Below, one piece after another: positions 25,744 through 35,690 of a stretch of DNA of 49,741 bases. This stretch comes from Nemertoderma westbladi (taxonomy: Eukaryota; Animalia; Xenacoelomorpha), in NCBI GenBank assembly GCA_032718475.1, contig JAUCBJ010007661.1, positions 1 to 49,741 of the forward strand. Direction: 5' to 3'. Position numbers and translations under genes: made by a program. Position 1 is the first letter of the stretch, and every line of letters begins with the position of its first letter. The notes under the pieces are model-generated. The model saw nothing but the letters and a program-made list of their open reading frames with translations. It had not been told where the DNA came from and ran no database searches.

Positions 25744-26444
25744 ATGCTATCTTCCCGGTGAGAAGATAGCATCCACCTTAAAGTGCGCTACAATCCCGCT
25801 GGATCCCGATCTAGTATCGGGTGTGGGGTGGAATTCTTTTCCCTCGGAGTCGGCTTTCCAGGCCGCTCCCCATGGGTATGATAACGCTACCCTGTACGCC
25901 TGGCGTCCCATGTCGGGCCGATTGCGCTCACCTCTCACACGACCTTTGTTTCCCCAACACTTTCGCCCTGACTCTACTCTTCTCTCATACAGACTCTCCT
26001 CTCTCCCGCTCTAACTCTCGGACCTCCCTGTCCCTCACTCAGCCTCTTATTCCTACCCCCCCCCCACACTAGAATTGCATCCGCACTCCGCACTATTACT
26101 CCATCCCTCTTTGACTACCTTATCCCTTCTGACGAGTCTCACCCCCCCTCCCGTGCCGTCGCACTCAAGAAGTGTGAAATCGTCTGGTGTCTTGTCCATA
26201 GTACCATAGTCAGTTATCCCCCCAGTCCCAGTAGCTAATTGAGAAAGGTTGTATGACTATAGTATTTACTTCGAATGTATGTTTCGTGACTAAACTACTG
26301 ATTGCTACGTACGTACATATAAATTGCACTTATTTAATTATTTGCATCATTTTGAATTTGTACTTAATAGTTTGTACGTCTTGTGTGGCACCCTCCAAGC
26401 GTGCCACATCAAAGTCTCAGTCTCTCCCTCCCGACCCTGTGAAG

Positions 26445-28901
26445 CTATTTGTCCCCCTTGAGATAGTTCCCTCTGGCGTCCTCCTCCCTGGGTCGCTTCT
26501 TGGTCACTACCGCTCCTCTGGGGTCCGCTTTCTGTCTTCGGACTTTCGCCGCCACCTCTCTACTGATTCCGGTCGTTGGCTCCTTGGGCGCTGGTGTTAT
26601 CAGTGCCCGATATCGCTTTGCCGGTGGCCCCTCCGAGTGGCCCTGTTGTCTCCCCCTGGTGGCGTCCCATAAGATCATCTTCATTGCTCGCGGTACATGC
26701 TCCGCCAAGAAATCCCTAAACTCTCCTCTGTTTTGTGGCGTCCACCTATCCAAATACCTCTGTGTATTTATCACCCCGGCATACGATGCCGCCGTCGCCA
26801 CTTCCTGGTAGGTAAACGGAAGCCTCCGTTTGATAATCTCCATGTGAGCCTCCTGATTGATTAGGAAGAAACCCCACTTAAACTCCTGGGCCTTCATACG
26901 TTGCCGCGTCATGGCCCCGACGTCGGCCCATTCTTCGAAGATCCTGAACTTCTCCTCATCGTCCATCCAGTCGCAGTAGAGACAACTTATCCCTTTCTGG
27001 AATCGGTACAGGCAGCTCCTTTCCTGATGGGTCTGTCTCCCACAGTAGTCACAGCCGAGCACCAATGTCTCCCGCCCCACGTCGTCTTTCGTCCCAAGCG
27101 ATCTCCGCGGTCTGTGGAGTCGCTGATAGGCGAACTTCTGGACGTTAGCGTCCCTGTCTACGTCGATTTCCTCGCCCCTCCCGGGCATCGTCTCCCCGAA
27201 TACTACCCATGGTGCCGTTCCCGGTTGCTCGCCCAACCTGATAGTGCTCCCCGCGAAATCCATCGCCGGCTCCTCGTGCACCCAGGCCCGCTTGCCGGGT
27301 TTGTCCCAGAGGGCTCTCGCCCCACTAGCCGTCACCACCCTCCCGCCAACCCAGTCCGTGTCCGAGTGGCCTATCCTCTCGATGGGCGGCATCTCTCCGA
27401 ACTCGTCGTCGTCTTCGTCCTCCTCTTGCAGTAGTTCCAACCCCGGTATCCCGATGGATCCACTATGTCCCTTCCCGCCTTGGCTCTCGCCCGTAGCTCT
27501 CCATCCCTCTAGCTCCCTTAACTTCCTTGGCGGTTGGTCGCCTTCGGCGCCCGCTGGTATGGGCATCGCTTGCAACCCCGACGTCGACTGTTTCGGCGAT
27601 CCCACCGTCCATCCCAGTTCTCGCCCTAGAGACTCCCCCGAACTCCCTGATGAAGTCCAACGAAGTTCGTCTAAGCCTGCCTGTTCCTCGAAGCCGTAAC
27701 TCTGCGTCCTGGCCTCCTCCTCCCTCTCCTCTGCTTCTATCCTTTCCCGTCTAGCGACTTCTTCCAGTCGCTTTGCCTCTCGTCTATCTGTCTCTAGCTG
27801 CTCCCATCTCTGATATGGCGTATCTACCTCCCCGTCTACCAGATGTCGGCTGTTGTAGTACACCGACTCGCCCTTCAGCCCCAGGTGGTCTACCAGACCG
27901 TCAAAGGCCGTCTTAAAGGCTCTCCTGTAGCTTAGGGGTGATCCTGATAACAGAAATGCCGCTGGTTCCCTCTCGATAACCACGGTCATGAATAAGTTAA
28001 GCAAACTTATCATCATCCAATCTTCCTGCAGGATATATCGCTTCTGATATACCTTTATCGCTCCTCTGCGGAATTGATACACCTTTTGCCTTCCCGGTCT
28101 CGCTCCCCACTTTAGCGAGTTCGCTAGTTCTGCTCCGTATTCCTCCCTGAACTTCCCCCAGTCCATCGGTTTGTGGCATATGAGCCCCAATAGCTGGCCC
28201 ATTGCCACCGCCCCCCATTGGCCTGTGTTCCCGACTACTCCCAACCCATCTGGTGCCGTCATAGCCATGAAGACCTTCTGCATATCCAGGAGGTTGGTGG
28301 CGTCCGGACCGATGATTCTCTCCACGTCCTCGCGAATCGCCGATCCCAAATTCGTCGTCGACTTCTCTCTTACCAGAACTTGCACCGCTTTCGGCAACCG
28401 GTTTAATTTCGGCCCGTCCCTTTTCCCATACGTTCCTAGATCGAATAAGAAAATGTTCCCATTTGGCGCGGCCAAATGTAGGAGTATGGTCCTGGCCGAC
28501 CCCGCTGATCCTCGTCTCGAACCCTCCTCGTCTTCCACGGTTCCCTCGTCGTCTAGGATCATATATCCTCCCCTGTTGACGGACTCTATAAACCTCTTCC
28601 AATCCTTCTTCGGCGACTCCCTCGGATACTTCGGAATCCCGAACTTCGCCTCGTCCCCTTTCACCACGTAGTGGAAGTGTTGGAAGATCGCGTTGTCCAG
28701 CGACGGCGTCCCGTAGGTCCCGACCAGCCGCTGTTCGTGCATCTCCCGGAAGTGGTCCTGCAGCGCTCGTGCCGCGTGGCCCTTTTCCAACCTCTCGTAG
28801 TATCCTCTCGTCTTCTCTTCCGGATGCCTCTTGGTGATATCCACCAGTATCTCCTTTCCTCCTGACTCCGCCTTTCTCTTCCTGATCAGTTTGCTCGCCA
28901 T
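26445..28901 (-). CDS. About 818-aa accessory protein: DEDDy/RNase D-WRN-like 3'-5' exonuclease domain, coiled coil, CCHC zinc knuckle
   Basis: Uninterrupted ORF from the ATG at 28901. ExoI YMILDDEG; LHLAAPNGNIFLFDL; LPKAVQVLV; ExoII GSAIREDVERI; LLDMQ; ExoIII-like YQKRYILQED; CDYCGRQTHQERSC (C-x2-C-x4-H-x4-C). Confidence 0.72.
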   Translation of the reverse strand: MASKLIRKRKAESGGKEILVDITKRHPEEKTRGYYERLEKGHAARALQDHFREMHEQRLVGTYGTPSLDNAIFQHFHYVVKGDEAKFGIPKYPRESPKKDWKRFIESVNRGGYMILDDEGTVEDEEGSRRGSAGSARTILLHLAAPNGNIFLFDLGTYGKRDGPKLNRLPKAVQVLVREKSTTNLGSAIREDVERIIGPDATNLLDMQKVFMAMTAPDGLGVVGNTGQWGAVAMGQLLGLICHKPMDWGKFREEYGAELANSLKWGARPGRQKVYQFRRGAIKVYQKRYILQEDWMMISLLNLFMTVVIEREPAAFLLSGSPLSYRRAFKTAFDGLVDHLGLKGESVYYNSRHLVDGEVDTPYQRWEQLETDRREAKRLEEVARRERIEAEEREEEARTQSYGFEEQAGLDELRWTSSGSSGESLGRELGWTVGSPKQSTSGLQAMPIPAGAEGDQPPRKLRELEGWRATGESQGGKGHSGSIGIPGLELLQEEDEDDDEFGEMPPIERIGHSDTDWVGGRVVTASGARALWDKPGKRAWVHEEPAMDFAGSTIRLGEQPGTAPWVVFGETMPGRGEEIDVDRDANVQKFAYQRLHRPRRSLGTKDDVGRETLVLGCDYCGRQTHQERSCLYRFQKGISCLYCDWMDDEEKFRIFEEWADVGAMTRQRMKAQEFKWGFFLINQEAHMEIIKRRLPFTYQEVATAASYAGVINTQRYLDRWTPQNRGEFRDFLAEHVPRAMKMILWDATRGRQQGHSEGPPAKRYRALITPAPKEPTTGISREVAAKVRRQKADPRGAVVTKKRPREEDARGNYLKGDK

Positions 28902-29394
28902 CCCGAACTCTCCCGATCGCTCACCTATAAGGTGGTGCCTTACCAAGGCGCAATATAAGCGAGTGATGCAGTTAGGATGGTCTGTGTAGTTCGAGAATGG
29001 CCTATTTCTATTCTAACTGCGCCTCTTAGCCTAAATCCCTGTTACTTAATTCTGTAGCTAATAAATGTACCCTAATTTACAATTTTGTCCGTTGCTTTAT
29101 TTATGTTCCAGAATTTTCTTATTGCTGTTACCATAATTTGTAATTTTCTAGCCCTATTTATTCTATTTAATTTTAATTTATTTTTAACCCTACTGTCCTA
29201 CTACTTGCTACTGCCTATCCTATGGATTGTTCTATCTCCTAATCCACATTCTGGCCTACTCTGTGGGCCTGTGCAGTACAACAGTATGCGTCGTGTGGCC
29301 ACACGATTTATCCAGCTGTACTCATATGCCCCCCTCTCGCTACTAATTACTAACTGATATCTATACCATATATACCCTACTACCTCTATCTCTA

Positions 29395-30055
29395 TCTCTT
29401 ACTAACTAGTACTACGTACTTTCTTACTAACTCTTACTTTTTATAACTAACTAACGGTACTATGTACCTTCTAACTCTTACTCTCTCTAACTAACTAACG
29501 GTACTACGTACCCTCTAACTCTTCTAACTCTACTAACTGACAGTACTACGTACCCTCTAACTCTTCTAACTCTACTAACTGATGGTACTACGTACCCTCT
29601 AACTCTTCTAGCTCTACTAACTGACGGTACTACATACCCTCTAACTCTCTAACTAACGGTACTACGTACCCTCTAACTCTCTAACTAACGGTACTACGTA
29701 CCCTCTAACTCTCTAACTAACGGTACTACGTACCCTCTCACTACTCTTCTCTAACTAACGGTACTACGTAACCTCTAACTCTTCTAACTAATGGTACTAT
29801 GTACCCTCTAACTCTCTAACTAACGTTACTACGTACCCTCTCACTACTCTTCTCTAACTAATGGTACTACGTACCCTCTAACTCTTCTAACTAACGGTAC
29901 TACGTACCCTCTAACTCTCTAACTAACGGTACTACGTACCTCCTAACTAACTAACTAACTAACTCTAGGTACTAGGTACCTTCTAACTGACTCCTAACTA
30001 ACTAACTCTAGGTACTACGTACCTTCTAACTGACTCCTAACTTACTAACTCTAAT
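29395..30055. repeat. Variable-length tandem repeat (ctaactaacggtactacgtaccctctaact, ~31-40 bp) inside the LTR element
   Basis: About 17 copies of the gtactacgtacc core separated by ctaa/ctct slippage tracts. Confidence 0.9.
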
Positions 30056-30160
30056 TTTTATTTGTTTTATTTTATTTTATGTGTGGGAAGGGCGTCTCGC
30101 CCTCAATCCCACCCCCCTCAGTCCAAAACTTGGACGACTAAACTCCTCTCTAACTACAAT

Positions 30161-30480
30161 CTAAGGTGCCCCTTCTAATAGACAGCATTTCCCTACAGCT
30201 CTCCTGTAGGTTTTTCTGTCCTTCGCACCTATCTTGCCACCTATCCGCACTTCTACCGATCGGACTCTTCCGTCCTCATCGGAGTAAGTGCCTACAACTC
30301 TCGCCAACCGCCACTGGTTGTTGATGATAGTATCATCCGTAACGATTACGAGATCTCCCTCTCTTAACTCCCTATTCGGCTTCCTCCACTTGCTTCTTTT
30401 ATGGAGCGTGGGTAGGTATTCTTCTACCCACCTCCTCCAATACTCTGCGCTTATTGCTTTAGCGACTTTCCAACTTTGGC
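30161..30480 (-). pseudogene. BEL/Pao pol C-terminal domain (DUF5641-like), not in the supplied ORF track
   Basis: Manual translation: QSWKVAKAISAEYWRRWVEEYLPTLHKRSKWRKPNRELREGDLVIVTDDTIINNQWRLARVVGTYSDEDGRVRSVEVRIGG...YRRAVGKCCLLEGAP*. Confidence 0.9.
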
Positions 30481-30620
30481 GGGAGTGCCCTCTTCTGATC
30501 GGGCTCGACGCTTCGTCCGCCCTCTCACGACGTCAACCTGTCTCTCTCTGCTCGGTCGCACGCCGTTGGGGATACTCGCAATCCCCCTATCATTCTCCGT
30601 CGCCGGGCGTTGCTGTTTAC

Positions 30621-31530
30621 CTATTTCGGCCCGCGCATTATCCATGGACGCCTGTGGGGCACTCTCTGCCCCCCCCCCCCCCTCGCCGCTAACTCGCTGT
30701 TGTGGGGCCCCTGTAGCCCCCCCCCCCCCCACTCGCCACATATCACGCCGCTGCCTCTTACTTCACTTCTATACCCCTCTCCAGTCGACACAATGTTCCT
30801 ACTGCGGCTGGGTCTATTCATTCCCGCCTCTCTCTCTACCACTGCTTGGCCTACCGGGCCTACTCCGGGTTGGCTCAACCCCGCCACCTCCTGCCTACTA
30901 ACTACGCGGCCTACCAGGCCCCCCTTGGGTTGGCTCAACCCCGCCGCCTCCCGCCTACTAACTACGCGGCCTACCAGGCCCCCCTCGGGTTGGCTCAACC
31001 CCGCCGCCTCCTGCCTACTAACTACGCGGCCTACCAGGCCCATCTCGGGTTGGCTCAACCCCGCCACCTCCGGCTCACTAATCACGCGGTCCATTAGGCT
31101 GGTTTCCTGATTATGCACGCCCGACGTGTTCACATTAATAGCACCACAGGCACCGTTATTGGTTAAATCAATTAAATCTTGCACCCCAGTTAAATTATCT
31201 TGTGCACCCAAATTAGGAACGGAATTATTTTGTTCGTTCAAAATAAAGTTTTCCGGATTATTTTGCGCAATTGCGTTACTTAAATTATTTTGTAAGTTCG
31301 AATTCGGGTCATTATTTAAATTATTTTGATTATTTTGTGTAGCTACATTAATATTAGGATTATTTTCTACATTAATATTAGGATTACTCGGGTTTAAATT
31401 CAAATTACTGCCACTAGGCAAGATATTTTCTGCAATAAAGGTTTGGTTAGAGTTGTTCAATACGGTACTATTAATATTAACGACGTCTACTGTAGCATTA
31501 TTATTACCCCCCCCCCCCCCCCCCCCGCCC
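30621..31530 (-). CDS. Asn-rich/low-complexity gag-region segment with a 60-bp repeat x4 (30860-31095)
   Basis: Open frame NNSNQ...EPEVAGLSQPE.GLVGRVVSR repeats, bounded by G homopolymers. Probably a frameshifted continuation of the upstream ORF. Confidence 0.5.
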
Positions 31531-31536
31531 GTACGG

Positions 31537-32964
31537 TCACACCAGTTTTGTGTCTGTGTGTGCGGTCCCTGTAAGTGGGGTATTAATAAATGTATCCACG
31601 GCCCCTGGCTCCTCGAAAATATTCGAGCCAGTCCCTCTCTCAGACACCCCTATCCGCGCCAGTTCCACTTCGCGCACGCGTCTAACTCCGTACTCTATAA
31701 GCACACTTTGGCGTTTTCCCAACTCTTTTCGCTCACGTTCCTCTCTTTCCACTCTCTGCCGACACTCCCGTGCGCTCTGCTCGGCCAACTCTGCCACTCT
31801 CCTAGCTCCCTCCCATCGCCTTGTCTCACGCTCTTTACGTTCCTTTTCCTCTCTCGCCTCACGCTCCTTGCCTTCCGCCTCACGCTCTTTGCGTTCCTTT
31901 TCCTCTCTCGCTCCATGCTCCTTGCGTTCCTTCTCCTCTCTCGCCTCGCACTCCCTGCGTTCCACCACACGCTCCTCTTGTTCCTTTCTCTCTATTTCCT
32001 CACATTCCCTAAGGCTTTTCACAGCCCTTTCGGCCCTCTCTCCTGTTTCTCTAATCAGCACCATTTCCTTCTCCAGCAGCATTCTCCCCTCCTCTAACCA
32101 TCTATCTACCTCCCTCTGACCTTGCGCTATCAGGTCGAGATGGTACGTGGCATTTATCTCTCTCACCCGTCTTTCTTTTACGGAGGATGTAGCAGACTTA
32201 TCGGTCGTGACGGATTCTCTCCGCCTCCCCGTCCTACTAACTTTCCCCCGCCTCCCGGAACTCCCTCCGACCGACGAGGCCGAATCCTCGGGGTTAACCT
32301 CGGATTCGCCCTCCTCAGGTCTCCTCCAACCCACAAATTTTATACCCTGGGCATCGACCAAGTATGGCCCTATGTACACTACATATGGTTGCATACCCCT
32401 ACACCGCCATAAGTCACACAGTTCCTCGGCAACCCCTCTCGCTCTCTCCTTGGCCAGTTCTCTCTGCCCGAAGCGCATTAGATAATTAAAATGTCCATTT
32501 GACTCACCTAGTCGTTTCCTCAGTCTCACCTCGTCTATCTTCGCCCCCTCCCTGGCTTCCTTTAGTAGTTTCCGGGTCGCGTTGTAGGCCCATCGAAGTC
32601 GATCAGAAACCCCGACGTCCTCGTCGCCGACCTCTCTTCCGTCTCTCCGGGTCTGACGTCGAACCGGTGGCCCCACCGTCGCCGTTTCGGTGGGCCGTTC
32701 GTCGCCCTCGGCCTGTGGCTGGCCGGCTACGTCGGTACGTCGACCCTCGTTCCGTGTCGACTCGTCTCCTTCTCCCTCCGTCTCGCTCTCTCCTTCTCCT
32801 AACTCGACCTCTGGCTCCAGACGGCCCCCCTCATCCTGAACTGCCGGATGACCCGTTACCGATGGGTCCGGCGTCGTGGGCCTATACCGTCTGGTCGCGG
32901 CCTCGCGGATCGTTAGTTCTTCGTCCGGGGTCCGCGTAGGTGTCGTCTCTCCTGACTGACTCAT
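31537..32964 (-). CDS. Gag-position ORF (475 aa, acidic N-terminus, long E/R coiled coil)
   Basis: ATG about 70 nt inside the 5' LTR boundary. PEDSASSVG motif followed by a coiled coil, as often seen in BEL/Pao gag N-termini. Confidence 0.7.
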   Translation of the reverse strand: MSQSGETTPTRTPDEELTIREAATRRYRPTTPDPSVTGHPAVQDEGGRLEPEVELGEGESETEGEGDESTRNEGRRTDVAGQPQAEGDERPTETATVGPPVRRQTRRDGREVGDEDVGVSDRLRWAYNATRKLLKEAREGAKIDEVRLRKRLGESNGHFNYLMRFGQRELAKERARGVAEELCDLWRCRGMQPYVVYIGPYLVDAQGIKFVGWRRPEEGESEVNPEDSASSVGGSSGRRGKVSRTGRRRESVTTDKSATSSVKERRVREINATYHLDLIAQGQREVDRWLEEGRMLLEKEMVLIRETGERAERAVKSLRECEEIERKEQEERVVERRECEAREEKERKEHGAREEKERKEREAEGKEREAREEKERKERETRRWEGARRVAELAEQSARECRQRVEREERERKELGKRQSVLIEYGVRRVREVELARIGVSERGTGSNIFEEPGAVDTFINTPLTGTAHTDTKLV

Positions 32965-33034
32965 CTCTCTTCTATAGATTGGTGCTAGCTTTAGTTACTG
33001 AGTTCAACTAGGGCGGCAGCTCTGTTTCAATTAC

Positions 33035-33572
33035 TGTGACGGGATCAAGGAAGGATCCCGGTTTATCCGGTTTGTCAGTTCACGCGTCCCCGCCGTGTGT
33101 GAAAGATAAAAGAGTTTGCGTTGTTTGTCGTATATAATATTCGGGATATATAATATAGATATAGATAATGGCTGGTAATATATTGTTGTATATGGAAGAC
33201 GGGAGACGGTAATTGAAGTCCCGGTACTTCCCTAGCTAAACTATTGCTACTGTAACACCAATAACACTGAGATAACTGAATGAGATGATTACTGCCAACT
33301 GGTTATATTGCACGGGTTGGCCTTGTTACTCTACCTAGCCGATGCCTTTCCCCCTTCTGATTGGTTGATACCCTTGTTGGAGCCCTTTGGAGTGTTCCCG
33401 TTCACTCCACCTATTCTCTCTCGGTTAGGGGTTTGGCCCCTGACCCTCATTGTGTTTCTCCTTCCTATTTGTTGGGGTGACACGAGTTACTGGTTACCCA
33501 ATCTCGTGGCCCCCAATATTGCTTATCGGCTTACTTTATGGGTTTGGGTTAGCGGGATTGAATAAGCTAACA
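33035..33572 (-). repeat. 5' LTR (538 bp)
   Basis: Direct repeat of 25196-25734 with TG...CA ends. Confidence 0.97.
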
Positions 33573-33577
33573 CTAAA

Positions 33578-33887
33578 GATGAAGCAAACAAACCTCAGAA
33601 GAAACACTCGTAGCGCTAACCGACCCTCGTTTGATCTCACACACCCCCTAAAGTGCATATCAAAACAAAATTTCTGGTTTCGCGCACCACAATTGGCAAA
33701 TCAGCTTCCCCTTCAGACAGAGTATTTTAATCACGTTGGTTTAAAGGCGCGCCTATTGAATCTGTTCTGGGCCCACTTTCACCAACATTACGATGTTGAC
33801 ATCACTTGCAGTTGGAACATTAACTGTGACTGTACACAGATGAACTGCAACCTCCGAATATTGAACCTTAACAACTTACTCACTTGA
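33578..33887 (+). pseudogene. C-terminus of the interrupted LINE ORF2
   Basis: Joining across the TSD gives WSPHL-KMKQTNLRRNTRS...NFWFRAPQLANQLP...TCSWNINCDCTQMNC*, a CR1-group type C-terminus. Confidence 0.85.
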
Positions 33888-33909
33888 TTTTATTACTTGC
33901 TAAAATATT

Positions 33910-34130
33910 TATATTTTTATCACCTGCTGTACCTTCTGTTGATGTATATATATTTTCATCACTTGCTCTGTTGCTGTATTTATAATTTTATCACTTGCTG
34001 TATATATACCTGCTGTTGCTGTATATATATTTGTATCACTTGCTGTATATATATTTTTATCACTTGCTGTATATATATTTTTATCACTTGCTGTATATAT
34101 ATTTTTATCACTTGCTGTATACATATATTT
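33910..34130. repeat. 24-bp tandem repeat (atcacttgctgtatatatattttt) in the LINE 3' UTR
   Basis: About 7-8 copies, increasingly diverged leftwards. Confidence 0.85.
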
Positions 34131-34572
34131 TTTATTTACCAATTTCAGTACGTACATTGCACAACATATGAACAAACAGGATTAAACATAAATATATTTT
34201 AATTTTCTCGGATAACGAATACTGGATTGACTTTATTTTAATAGTGCTACTCAGTCTAAATTGTATATTTTTGTTAGTCTCCATGAATAACGTTTTTATT
34301 TCAGGGGGCGACCCCTACACTATGTGTAAATCCTTAATAATAATAATAATAATAATATTGCCTTGATGCTGCAGCATATATATAAATACAATAAGTCAAG
34401 TACAGTATAAGTGATTGTGTATTGTGAATATTCTAATGGAAGTAATTGTTGGAAAGAAATTAAATTAGAATTAGAATTAGAAGTAACTGTATTATTAAGG
34501 ATGATACTGTTAGATGTTGAATACTATCAACTATAGAAAAGCTGTTGTATAGCTTTCTCAATTCTAACTATT

Positions 34573-34710
34573 TACATACTTGTGTGTAAAGTAACACTTT
34601 ACAGTGTGATGATCCGAGTGGCTTTGTTACACGAACGAACCTTAGTGAGTGAGTGAAAATAAAGCCACGAGGATCAGAACACTGTAAAGTACTTTGCAAC
34701 AAGTATGTAT
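34573..34710. repeat. Imperfect palindrome, probable MITE remnant
   Basis: Nested arms tacatacttg/caagtatgta, actttacagtg/cactgtaaagt, gatcc/ggatc and gtggcttt/aaagccac. Confidence 0.7.
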
Positions 34711-35039
34711 GTAGTTTTATTCCAAAATTTAAACATTACGAAATTATTGTACATATACATTATAAGTGATAGAAACTGCACAAATTATATTAGTTGCTGT
34801 AAAAATAAATGTAAAAATGACATAAATTATGTTATAAATAAGTTAGCTTATATTTATGGTGGCGTTTGGAGCCATGTTATAATAATATAGCTAGGCCCTT
34901 ATTAATAGCTGTACCCCGCCTACCGGTAGATAATGCAGCATGGCTGTCAGGCAAATTTCCTCCTATTGTTTACGTGGTAACCATGACGGCGTTATGTAAT
35001 GTCCACTAAGGGGACATTACTTAACGCCGTCATTGGATC

Positions 35040-35690
35040 CGTATCCGTTTCCCGTTCAAGTTGATCTATATATGTTATGGCCGGTCGTCCACGACTACGC
35101 TTTCCATGAGTTGGTTGCCAGAAAAGTAGATCTGGTATGACCTCGTCTTTACTTCTCCAGCAGTGCCCACTGAATCTTAATCTGCGTTCACGGATGGTGG
35201 TTGATACAGGTGGTATACTACTACTGTACTACTACTACTAGGATCGGCATGCTGCATTGCAGCTGCATTTTTAAGAATGCTGTGCCGGCTTATCGACAAA
35301 TTTGCACCGCCACAACTCCCTATCACCCATCACATTTGCTAGATCATCCGCATCTTCAAGGCCAGTGTCCTTTAAGATGCTTCTCAAGAAAGTCATGTGC
35401 TGTCGCACCATGCTTATTCACTCCATGAGGCTGCCATGATGGTATTATTGTACCATAGAGCTCGGCGTTTGTCATGTGTTGTCTCCAGCTGATGTTTAGG
35501 GCTGCCCTTAGTAGTCTTGTGTAGCAACCATCAATTCGTTGTTCAAGCGATTTAGTCAGTGTCCAGGTCTCACCCCCGTATAAAAATACACTTTCCACTG
35601 TGGCTCGAAAGAACTTGGTCTTAAGGTGCCTGGAGGTTTCCAGATGGTATCCATTTTTGATAGAGCCACGCAGTACCAATGCCTTGGGGG
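35040..35690 (-). mobile_element. RTE family B fragment with a nested RTE family A 3' fragment (~35217-35436)
   Basis: Family B reads LKTKFFRATVESVFLYGGETW...ELYGTI, is interrupted by WQPHGVNKHG...+(TAG)n, and resumes IPPVSTTIRERRLRFSGHCWRSKDE...GRPAITYIDQL. atacca is duplicated at the junctions. Confidence 0.85.

Larger units (their letters stand above)
25196..33572 (-). mobile_element. Non-autonomous BEL/Pao-type LTR retrotransposon with an extra exonuclease ORF
   Basis: Paired TG...CA LTRs, 5-bp TSD CTAAA (25191-25195 and 33573-33577), a minus-strand PPT, gag-like ORFs and a DUF5641-like pol tail. No PR, RT, RH or IN. Confidence 0.92.
19694..34358 (+). mobile_element. CR1-group LINE (ORF1 + ORF2 + 3' UTR with (AAT)n tail), split by the LTR element
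   Basis: ORF1, APE and RT run up to 25195. The ORF2 C-terminus resumes at 33578, and the (aat)n tail is at ~34336-34358. The 5' boundary is approximate. Confidence 0.88.

Noticed and set aside
26125-26190. Second hammerhead (CTGACGA...GAAA) in the LTR element 3' region
   Set aside because: No stem II pairing closes the core, and it is antisense to the element.
26445-28901. Env glycoprotein interpretation of the extra LTR ORF
   Set aside because: No signal peptide or C-terminal transmembrane anchor; the motifs fit a nuclease plus zinc knuckle.
26253-32939. Numerous plus-strand ORFs inside the LTR element
   Set aside because: They are shadows of GC-rich or low-complexity minus-strand coding regions and have no motifs.
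33897-34202. Cys-rich small protein (CCIYIFIT)n
   Set aside because: Translation of a 24-bp repeat in the LINE 3' UTR.
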